Source: an uncultured Saprospirales bacterium
GTDB taxonomy: Bacteria > Bacteroidota > Bacteroidia > Chitinophagales > JADIYW01
Reading direction: 5' to 3'
DNA: 64,000 bases
NCBI GenBank assembly: GCA_938008535.1
Contig: CALLKF010000138.1
Location: forward strand, 16,930 to 80,929
Of the stretch, positions 56,909 to 64,000 are shown in pieces; positions within the stretch are counted from its first letter, which is position 1; each line of letters begins with the position of its first letter. Position numbers and translations under genes: made by a program. The notes under the pieces were generated by a model. It was not told the DNA's origin and made no database searches. It saw only the letters and a list, made by a program, of their open reading frames with translations.

Positions 56909-57196
56909 CTAAACAATTTTATCAAAGGTCCAAACTTCTGCTTTTGCATCAAACCATGGTTTTACGGTTTTCCAGAATTGAAGAAAGAAAGCAGAATCTC
57001 TATAATTATTCAGGTCTTGTTCTTCGTTCCAAATGCTATATGTAAAAAAAATATTTGGCTGATGAATCTCTTGCCACGCCTGTAATTGCTGGCAACCTGG
57101 CTGACTGCGAATAATTTCATGAACTGTATCAAAATATTTTTTAAATAAATCAGCATTGTCTAGCTTCATTGTCAATTTTACTATTCGTATAACCAT
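56909..57196 (-). CDS. Antibiotic biosynthesis monooxygenase (ABM) family protein
   Basis: 95 aa ferredoxin-like protein: IRIVKLTMK...GCQQLQAWQ...FFTYSIWNEEQDLNNYRDS. Confidence 0.65.
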   Translation of the reverse strand: MVIRIVKLTMKLDNADLFKKYFDTVHEIIRSQPGCQQLQAWQEIHQPNIFFTYSIWNEEQDLNNYRDSAFFLQFWKTVKPWFDAKAEVWTFDKIV

Positions 57197-57214
57197 TTTT
57201 TATTCTGATAATTT

Positions 57215-57982
57215 TTATTCGAAAATAACTTGAATGGCATCATCTTTTGCCAAACCTAATAAATCAGCAGCATGTCCGCAATTAATACACAACTCTAAAT
57301 AACCTAAAGAATTAAAACGCGCTAAGCTATACGATTGTGGAACATCGTTATAGTTTTTTACAATTCTGTCAATAAAATCAGAACGTCTGTAATTGATACG
57401 CATCTGTTTTTCTTTGTCATATCGCAAAATATCTTTTTCGTGTATGTTAGTGATTGCGTTGCCAAAATTATCAATGTAAATCACATTTCCAATAATTTTA
57501 TCTTGTTGCAAAACCGGAATCTTTGCTTGTCGCTCTAAATATTTTGAAGTTGCCACACCAATGGCGCCAATATTATGATTGAATGTAATTTCTTTCACCA
57601 CTCTGCAATAATAATCTTCCAGCGTATCTAATTTCACTTGTTTGAAATCTACTTCAACAATTAAATCAGGTTTACCATCAAAAATTAAAGTCAACACACC
57701 ATTATCAGGTGCAATAAAATAATGATTATCATATTTAGCAGCTAATAATTTTTGCTTTCCAAGTCCTTGTTCAAATACACGAATGATATGAATAGTGCCT
57801 TTTGGAAAGTGAGCATATACATTTTTTGAGAAAAAAGCTGCTGTAACTATATCGTATGGTGGTATTGAATGTGAGATATCCACAATCTTAACAGAAGGGC
57901 AAGCTACGCTTAAATCGCCTTTAAATAAGCCAACATAATAGTCCTTATCGCCGAAGTCTGTTAATAACGTAATTAATGCCAT
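57215..57982 (-). CDS. SAM hydrolase / SAM-dependent halogenase family (DUF62) protein
   Basis: N-terminus MALITLLTDFGDKDYYVGLFKG and APDNGVLT are characteristic of the S-adenosyl-L-methionine hydroxide adenosyltransferase family. Confidence 0.8.
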   Translation of the reverse strand: MALITLLTDFGDKDYYVGLFKGDLSVACPSVKIVDISHSIPPYDIVTAAFFSKNVYAHFPKGTIHIIRVFEQGLGKQKLLAAKYDNHYFIAPDNGVLTLIFDGKPDLIVEVDFKQVKLDTLEDYYCRVVKEITFNHNIGAIGVATSKYLERQAKIPVLQQDKIIGNVIYIDNFGNAITNIHEKDILRYDKEKQMRINYRRSDFIDRIVKNYNDVPQSYSLARFNSLGYLELCINCGHAADLLGLAKDDAIQVIFE

Positions 57983-58025
57983 TTAAAAATTTATACTATT
58001 TTAGTTTGTAAAAATAAGAAAATAA

Positions 58026-59006
58026 TTGAGCGAACTAACAATTAAATTAGAAACTGTTGATCCAATTGAATTTTTTGGCTTCAACAACAACAAGCTTAAG
58101 ATTCTTAAAAGAGAATTTAGCAAACTAAACATCAATGCAAGAGGCAACAAAATTGTCGTCATGGGTAACCAGGAAGACTTAGACCTTTTCAGTGAAAAGG
58201 TTTTATTGTTGGTCGATTACATTGAACGCTACGGAAAGATTTCCGACCAGCACATAGAAGAAATTCTGAATGGACGCAATCCTTACGAAACCAACTTTCC
58301 GCAATTTAAAGATAATGTCTTGGTGCATGGAAATAATGGTACGTTGGTGCGTGCGCGCACAGAAAACCAGCAGAAGGTAGTCGATTATTCTGAGAATAAC
58401 GATATTCTTTTTGCAGTTGGTCCGGCAGGAACAGGTAAAACATATACAGCCGTTGCCTTAGCGGTGCGTGCTTTAAAAAATAAATGGGTCAAAAAAATAA
58501 TTTTAACCAGACCTGCGGTAGAAGCAGGTGAAAACTTAGGTTTCTTGCCTGGTGATCTGAAAGAAAAAATAGATCCTTATTTGCGTCCGTTATACGATGC
58601 GCTGGATGATATGATTCCTGCAGACAAACTCGCTTATTACATGACCAACCGTGTTATAGAAGTAGCGCCGTTGGCATATATGCGCGGACGAACATTGGAT
58701 AATGCATTTATGATTTTGGATGAAGCGCAAAACGCTACGCAATTACAACTAAAAATGTTTTTAACGCGTATTGGACCTTCTGCTAAATGTATTATTACAG
58801 GTGATATGTCTCAGATAGATTTACCAAAAAACCAGCAATCAGGTTTGAAACGTACGATGCAGATACTGGAAGGCATCGAAGGCATTGGCATGGTACATCT
58901 TTCTGCTGATGATGTAGTTCGTCACCGCTTGGTAAAAGAAATTATCAAAGCATTTGATAAAGACGGCGACCGCGAACAACAACAAAGAGATTCAAACAAA
59001 AATTAA
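58026..59006 (+). CDS. phoH: PhoH family ATPase
   Basis: Walker A GPAGTGKTY, Walker B ILDEAQN, ITGDMSQIDLP. TTG start according to the ORF track. Confidence 0.85.
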   Translation: MSELTIKLETVDPIEFFGFNNNKLKILKREFSKLNINARGNKIVVMGNQEDLDLFSEKVLLLVDYIERYGKISDQHIEEILNGRNPYETNFPQFKDNVLVHGNNGTLVRARTENQQKVVDYSENNDILFAVGPAGTGKTYTAVALAVRALKNKWVKKIILTRPAVEAGENLGFLPGDLKEKIDPYLRPLYDALDDMIPADKLAYYMTNRVIEVAPLAYMRGRTLDNAFMILDEAQNATQLQLKMFLTRIGPSAKCIITGDMSQIDLPKNQQSGLKRTMQILEGIEGIGMVHLSADDVVRHRLVKEIIKAFDKDGDREQQQRDSNKN

Positions 59007-59026
59007 ATTCCTTGTTTGATAAATAT

Positions 59027-59064
59027 AAATGCAGTATCAGTTTTTAATGATGCTGCATTTTTTA
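59027..59064 (+). terminator. Rho-independent terminator of phoH
   Basis: 13-bp stem with one mismatch: aaatgcagtatca (59027-59039) / tgatgctgcattt (59048-59060), continuing into a T-run. Confidence 0.8.
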
Positions 59065-59232
59065 TAAATAGCATAAAGTCTCCTCGCCTTTGTTGGATTT
59101 CAACCAACAAACTACTATCAGTATCAATTGTAACCAAAAAAATCTAAGAATTCGTTTTCTAAATAATTATTTTAAAAAATAATAAGGTATAGTATATCTG
59201 CCATATTTATTTACTTTTGCAAAAAAAACGAA

Positions 59233-59703
59233 ATGAAAAAAATAGTATTCATTGCTTTGGTTGCTTTAAGCATTACCACTTCTTATGCAAAAGATAAAGG
59301 CCCAAAAATAGAAGTGAAAGATGATACGGTTATGGTAGATAAAAAAGCTGTATTTATTTTAGCTCAGTTTAAAAATGGTTCGGCTGTAAATTATTTTGTA
59401 AAAGACTTGAGTGGAACAAAGCTGTTGTTTTTGCAGGAAAATGATTATGTTAACACTAATAGGCCAAATCCTAATTATTCTAAATTTCCGAATGGGCCAA
59501 GATATCTTTCAACCTATTATTTTGAAGTTACATTTTTAGAGTCTAAAGAAAAAGCTGAAATTGAATATTTCAAACAAAGTAAATTAGCAGAATTCATAGT
59601 GAAATCAGGTTTAATTGTTGATGGAAAGATCACAAAAGACAAAGAAGAAGAATTCATTTTAATTAATGGAAATAAGTTTTCTGAAGAAAAAAGCCGCTTG
59701 TAA
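59233..59703 (+). CDS. Hypothetical secreted protein
   Basis: Signal peptide (ALVALSITTSYA). A TACTTTTG -7-like box lies at 59212-59219. No family recognised. Confidence 0.5.
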   Translation: MKKIVFIALVALSITTSYAKDKGPKIEVKDDTVMVDKKAVFILAQFKNGSAVNYFVKDLSGTKLLFLQENDYVNTNRPNPNYSKFPNGPRYLSTYYFEVTFLESKEKAEIEYFKQSKLAEFIVKSGLIVDGKITKDKEEEFILINGNKFSEEKSRL

Positions 59704-59783
59704 CTTCCAAAAAATTACGTGTTTCATGGTATTTAAGTACTGTTTTTTAAATGTAAATTGCATGAACTAAAAAATATAAACTT

Positions 59784-60368
59784 ATGAGCAACCTGACAAT
59801 TAAAGGTAATGGCGGCGCACATTACAAAACCGATTTTCTTTCGTGGTTTGATGGTGTGGATGCCATGCTGAAACCAACACCAGATGCGCCAATGCCAAAT
59901 GTATTGGTGCATGTAGCAAGAATCACCAACACACCAGCAGGCATGACACCAGGTGGTATGTTGTTAATCAATCCGGATAATAAAGAAATGCCAGATTTGT
60001 TTGGTTTTATTTGCGAAGATGAAGAATTGGGAAAATATTACGGACCCAAAATTTTCAAAGGAACACCTTTTGAAAACGCGCCTGTATTGGTGGCTAAAAT
60101 TTCGATGAATATTGATTTCCCAAATTCAGTAAGCACCAAAATTGAAGTAGCTGGTCATGTAATAGAGCTCGAATTATCAAATTTCGTTGAAGCGCAATTT
60201 TATCATCGCGAAGGCGGCATGCCTTTTACACAAAATGTAGTAGAAGCATTAGCACACACAGCAGTATTTAAATTTGACGGAAGAGTTTTAGAAGGACAAC
60301 TTCCTACAAGCGGTATCGGCGGCGGCTTGCCAGCAGTTTATTCGCCAAGCGGAATTTATCATATCTAA
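59784..60368 (+). CDS. Hypothetical protein (194 aa)
   Basis: ORF of coding-like composition. No signal peptide and no motif recognised. Confidence 0.5.
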   Translation: MSNLTIKGNGGAHYKTDFLSWFDGVDAMLKPTPDAPMPNVLVHVARITNTPAGMTPGGMLLINPDNKEMPDLFGFICEDEELGKYYGPKIFKGTPFENAPVLVAKISMNIDFPNSVSTKIEVAGHVIELELSNFVEAQFYHREGGMPFTQNVVEALAHTAVFKFDGRVLEGQLPTSGIGGGLPAVYSPSGIYHI

Positions 60369-60441
60369 TAACTATTTCGTATGTAATTTTATGGTTTAGT
60401 TCCTATAAAACAGCATAGCACTAAACCGCAAAAGAGTTAGG

Positions 60442-60572
60442 TTTGTGAAAAGCACAGCAATAGAAGTAAAATTAAAAAATGAATAGCTTTAGCGTTTGCT
60501 TTTTGATTTTAGCTTCGGTTTTAATCTTTTCCGTAGGAAAAAGAGATTAAAAATTGCCTTGCTTTTCACAAA
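60442..60572. other. 13-bp perfect inverted repeat enclosing ~105 nt with an internal hairpin
   Basis: tttgtgaaaagca (60442-60454) pairs with tgcttttcacaaa (60560-60572). An internal bulged hairpin is at 60521-60550, and a separate 10-bp hairpin cttacttttt/aaaaagtaag is at 60582-60607. Confidence 0.8.
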
Positions 60573-60723
60573 TGCTTTTTGCTTACTTTTTGGCATCAAA
60601 AAGTAAGAGAGAAAAGTTGCAAATTATTTTAGTAATTTCTTTTTTGTTGATAAAAGCATTTCCTGTTGAAACAAAACGATATTCAATCCTTTTTTGCTGT
60701 GTAACTTTGCAAAAATCGTTTTT

Positions 60724-61671
60724 ATGCAAGCAGCACCGTTTCATTTCCCAAATCAAAAAAGTTTTTACAAAGGCAAAGTCCGCGATGTCTACAACATTGA
60801 CGACAAGTATTTGGTGATGGTGGTTTCCGACCGAATCTCTGCGTTTGATGTGGTGTTGCCGCGACCAATTCCATACAAAGGACAAGTGCTGAACCAAATC
60901 GCGTCGTCGTTTTTATCTAAAACAAAAGATATTGTACCAAACTGGGTTTTAGATGTGCCTGATGCAAACGTTACCATTGGTAAAGCATGCGAGCCGTTTA
61001 AAGTAGAAATGGTGATTCGCGGTTATTTGGCTGGTTCTGCGTGGCGTGCTTACAAAAGTGGCGTGCGTGAAATTTGCGGTGTGCAGTTGCCTGATGGTTT
61101 GAAAGAAAACCAAAAGTTGGCAACACCAATCATTACACCAACCACTAAAGCAAGTGTCGGCCACGATGAAGAAATTTCTAAGGAAGAAATCATCAAACAA
61201 GTTATTGTTTCAGAAAGTGATTATAATAAGTTAGAAGATTACACACAAAAAATATTTCAGCGCGGCACCGAAATAGCTGCGCAGCGCGGTTTGATATTGG
61301 TAGATACGAAATATGAATTCGGTAAAATAGGTGATGAGATCTATTTAATTGATGAAATACACACACCAGATTCTTCGCGCTATTTTTATGCAGATGGTTA
61401 TGAAGAACGCCTGAACAACAACGAACCGCAAAAACAATTATCGAAAGAATTCGTGCGCGAATGGCTGATTGCTAATGATTTTATGGGCAAAGAAGGACAA
61501 ACCGTTCCGGAAATGACCGACGAAATAGTTTCAACTATTTCCAACCGATACATAGAATTGTATGAATTAATCTTAGGTGAGAAATTTGTAAAACAAGATG
61601 CTTCGAATGTTGAACAACATATTTTAGCTGCATTGAAAAAATTGTCTGAATCAGAATCCTTAAATCTATAA
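60724..61671 (+). CDS. purC: Phosphoribosylaminoimidazole-succinocarboxamide synthase (long form)
   Basis: YKGKVRDVY and VSDRISAFD motifs, ~315 aa. A TAACTTTG -7-like box at 60702-60709 supports the ATG at 60724 rather than 60694. Confidence 0.9.
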   Translation: MQAAPFHFPNQKSFYKGKVRDVYNIDDKYLVMVVSDRISAFDVVLPRPIPYKGQVLNQIASSFLSKTKDIVPNWVLDVPDANVTIGKACEPFKVEMVIRGYLAGSAWRAYKSGVREICGVQLPDGLKENQKLATPIITPTTKASVGHDEEISKEEIIKQVIVSESDYNKLEDYTQKIFQRGTEIAAQRGLILVDTKYEFGKIGDEIYLIDEIHTPDSSRYFYADGYEERLNNNEPQKQLSKEFVREWLIANDFMGKEGQTVPEMTDEIVSTISNRYIELYELILGEKFVKQDASNVEQHILAALKKLSESESLNL

Positions 61672-61713
61672 ATCCATTAATCCTGATTCAGACAACTTTC
61701 GTATATTTGCACC

Positions 61714-62685
61714 ATGATTCAACGTCCACGCAGAAACCGCAAAAGCGCAGCTATTCGTGCTTTAGTACAAGAAACTAGATTGCATCCAAATCAGTTAGTG
61801 CAGCCACTTTTTTTAGTCGATGGTAAAAATAAAAACAACGCCATCAAGTCGCTGCCGACTATTTCTCAACTAAGTATAGATAATGCATTGAAAGAAATTG
61901 AAGAGTGCATGAAAGTAGGCGTGAATAGCTTTATTTTATTTCCTGCGGTGGAAGATGCATTGAAAGATAAAAAAGCGACGTACAGCTATTCCAAAAATAA
62001 TTTCTATTTAAAAGCCATTAAAGAATTCAAGAAAAAATTTCCTGAATGTTGTTTGATCAGTGATGTTGCACTCGATCCATATTCTTCTGATGGACATGAT
62101 GGTTTGGTAGAAAACGGAAAAATTGTCAACGATAAAACATTGCCAATCTTAGCGAAAATGTCTGTTGCGCAAGCAGAAGCAGGTATCGATATTATTGGGC
62201 CAAGCGATATGATGGATGGACGCGTTGGTTATATTCGTCATGCATTAGATGATGCTAGTTTTACCGAAACTTCGATCATGAGTTACTGCGTGAAATATGC
62301 AAGCGCGTTGTATGGACCTTTTCGTGATGCGTTGGCATCTGCACCCAAAAGCGGTGATAAGAAAACGTATCAAATGAATTATGCGAACAGGAAAGAAGCT
62401 ATTGTAGAAGCAGAACTAGATTATGCTGAAGGCGCAGATTTTCTAATGGTAAAACCTGCTACTTTATATTTAGATATTATTTCTGACCTGAAAGAAAACT
62501 TTCCGTTGCCTATTGCTGCCTATCATGTAAGCGGTGAATTTGCTATGCTGAAAGCTGCAGCGCTAAATGGCTGGCTGGATTATCAAAAACTTTTAGAAGA
62601 AACATTAACCAGCATCCATCGTGCCGGTGCTGATGTTATTATTTCGTATGGTGCAAAAGATTTTGCGAAAAATTTTATTTCTTAA
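61714..62685 (+). CDS. hemB: Porphobilinogen synthase (delta-aminolevulinate dehydratase), Asp-rich metal-site type
   Basis: RPRRNR, DVALDPYSSDGHDG, PSDMMDGRV, FLMVKPA (Schiff-base Lys), YHVSGEFAM. Confidence 0.9.
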   Translation: MIQRPRRNRKSAAIRALVQETRLHPNQLVQPLFLVDGKNKNNAIKSLPTISQLSIDNALKEIEECMKVGVNSFILFPAVEDALKDKKATYSYSKNNFYLKAIKEFKKKFPECCLISDVALDPYSSDGHDGLVENGKIVNDKTLPILAKMSVAQAEAGIDIIGPSDMMDGRVGYIRHALDDASFTETSIMSYCVKYASALYGPFRDALASAPKSGDKKTYQMNYANRKEAIVEAELDYAEGADFLMVKPATLYLDIISDLKENFPLPIAAYHVSGEFAMLKAAALNGWLDYQKLLEETLTSIHRAGADVIISYGAKDFAKNFIS

Positions 62686-64000
62686 TCGCTTCTTTTACCA
62701 CATTTCCAATACAACCACTTGGCATTTGTATATGCAGTAAACTCGCTAAAGTAGGAGCGATATCTGTCATGTATGTCTTATTGTATTCTTTTCCTTTTGC
62801 AATTCCATTTCCATAAAACAACAATGGAATATGCGCATCATATGGATTCCAGATGCCATGTGTGGTTCCTTTGCTGTCATATTCATCATCAATATAACCA
62901 GGTTTTAAAATCACCAGCACATCACCACAGCGCGAAGGATAATAACCATTGATAAATTGTTCTTTCAATGCTTTTGGCAACATAGCTTCTTGCAAATCTG
63001 CGTATTCTAATGCACGGTCAACGCCATTTATTTTTTGCAAAAATGAAATAGTATGTTTCAAAATATCGTCATAATCTAATTTTTTTTCTTCAATCAAATT
63101 ATGATTTAAATAGAACTGATAGTTGCCACTTCCTAAACACAAACTATCAACGCTAAATTTTTCTTTTAAATAAGCATTCAATTTTTTTTCAGATTCAGAA
63201 CCAACTACACCACCATTTGGTATTTTATGATTTGCTAAAAAACCTGGAACATGCGCTACACCATGATCTGCACTTAAAAATAAAGTGTAATTATTTTTGC
63301 CAACTTGATTGTCTAGAAAAATCAAAAACGCTTCCAAATCTTTATCCAAACGTAAATATGTATCTTCAATTTCTACAGAATTTGGACCAAACGCATGACC
63401 AATATAATCAGTAGAAGAGAAGGATACTGCTAAAAAATCAGTAATGGAATCTTTGCCAAGTTGTTCATTAATTAAGACAGCTTTTGCAAAGTCAAATGTC
63501 AACGAATTTCCATAAGGTGTGCTACGAATTTTACCAAAATCTTTCTTATCTATAAAACGTTTTAAATCGTAAGGAAATCCTTTTTGATTATCACCAAGTG
63601 GTGCACTTTCATAATTATTAGTGTCTGCATCACTTTGCAAATACGTATTTATTGGATACAAGGTATTCCAGTTTTTTTCGTAATAAGAATTTGTTTTATT
63701 AGATGCATTAAATTCTTGTGTCCATTTAGGCAACTCTTTGAAATAATAAGTCGAAGAAATAAAACTTCCAGTTTTACTATCATACCAATACGCAGCATCG
63801 GCACTGTGTCCAGCAGGCAAAATAGCACCTCTGTCTTTTATGGCAACACCAATTACTTTACTTCTGAAGTTGGTTGCTAATTTTAATTCATCGCAAATAG
63901 TGGTGGTCAGCATATTTTTCGGACTCATTTTTCCATTGTCATTATTGGCTCCAACAGTCTGCACACTTTTATCTTCACTGCAATACATGTCTCTCTTTTC
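62675..64000 (-). CDS. Alkaline phosphatase superfamily enzyme (PafA-like phosphatase/pyrophosphatase); N-terminus beyond window
   Basis: The frame stays open past the ATG at 63988 to nt 64000 (EKRD-MYCSED...). SFSSTDYIGHAFGP and LSADHGVAH metal-site motifs fit the AP-superfamily nucleotide pyrophosphatase/PafA type. The 3' end overlaps hemB by 11 nt (convergent). Confidence 0.75.
   Translation of the reverse strand, partial: EKRDMYCSEDKSVQTVGANNDNGKMSPKNMLTTTICDELKLATNFRSKVIGVAIKDRGAILPAGHSADAAYWYDSKTGSFISSTYYFKELPKWTQEFNASNKTNSYYEKNWNTLYPINTYLQSDADTNNYESAPLGDNQKGFPYDLKRFIDKKDFGKIRSTPYGNSLTFDFAKAVLINEQLGKDSITDFLAVSFSSTDYIGHAFGPNSVEIEDTYLRLDKDLEAFLIFLDNQVGKNNYTLFLSADHGVAHVPGFLANHKIPNGGVVGSESEKKLNAYLKEKFSVDSLCLGSGNYQFYLNHNLIEEKKLDYDDILKHTISFLQKINGVDRALEYADLQEAMLPKALKEQFINGYYPSRCGDVLVILKPGYIDDEYDSKGTTHGIWNPYDAHIPLLFYGNGIAKGKEYNKTYMTDIAPTLASLLHIQMPSGCIGNVVKEAIKK

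Noticed and set aside
60369-60723. A purine/ZTP-type riboswitch in front of purC
   Set aside because: I could not find the conserved cores I remember for the purine riboswitch (three-way junction with a UAUAAU...CCGUAAAU-like core) or for the ZTP/pfl motif (GGGUCGUGAC...CCGCCUGGGCA). The structured region also lies upstream of the likely purC -7 box. A covariance-model scan is needed to be sure.
60554-60897. ORFs 60554-60817 (+) and 60583-60897 (-) upstream of and overlapping purC
   Set aside because: They overlap each other and the hairpin-rich intergenic region, run into the well-supported purC frame, and have odd compositions. They are most likely chance ORFs.
1-64000. Mobile elements, prophage, defence islands, DGR-type diversification of the giant repeat genes, and tRNA or rRNA genes
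   Set aside because: No ORF shows transposase, integrase, recombinase, reverse transcriptase, Cas, restriction or toxin-antitoxin motifs. No cloverleaf-like or rRNA-like sequence was noticed in the intergenic regions. The repeat units in the giant genes differ throughout rather than at adenine-specific sites next to a template repeat.

Overview
AT-rich chromosomal segment from a Bacteroidota bacterium, judged by type IX secretion (T9SS) C-terminal sorting domains, TAnnTTTG-type -7 promoter boxes, an NfeD/FloA pair and a PafA-like phosphatase. I call about 55 protein genes. Most are housekeeping (ddl, mqo, aroB, purC, hemB, rlmH, phoH, cysteine desulfurase, YebC) or cell-envelope functions. 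I saw no rRNA, tRNA, CRISPR array, transposase, integrase or phage genes. Main points of interest, in order: (1) An AraC-headed same-strand locus at 45.1-53.0 kb. It encodes a stand-alone PqqD/RRE-like protein, an ATP-grasp ligase, a PLP decarboxylase, a urea-transporter-like channel fused to an M23 peptidase, and TPR/beta-barrel envelope proteins. I cannot match it to a characterised pathway, so it is my best candidate for an undescribed peptide or amino-acid-conjugate maturation and export system. (2) A 17-unit array of 21-bp direct repeats at 9828-10184, with an invariant 14-nt core and a hypervariable 7-nt block, lying in an 800-bp gap between convergent genes. (3) Three short heptanucleotide tandem repeats, one over a promoter, one filling an intra-operon gap and one inside a CDS. 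(4) Two giant T9SS cargo genes: one with three 1.34-kb tandem units, the other with three seven-bladed propeller-like blocks next to a divergent two-component system. (5) Several strong stem-loops in intergenic regions. All functional calls rest on motifs read by eye from the translations; no database search was run.
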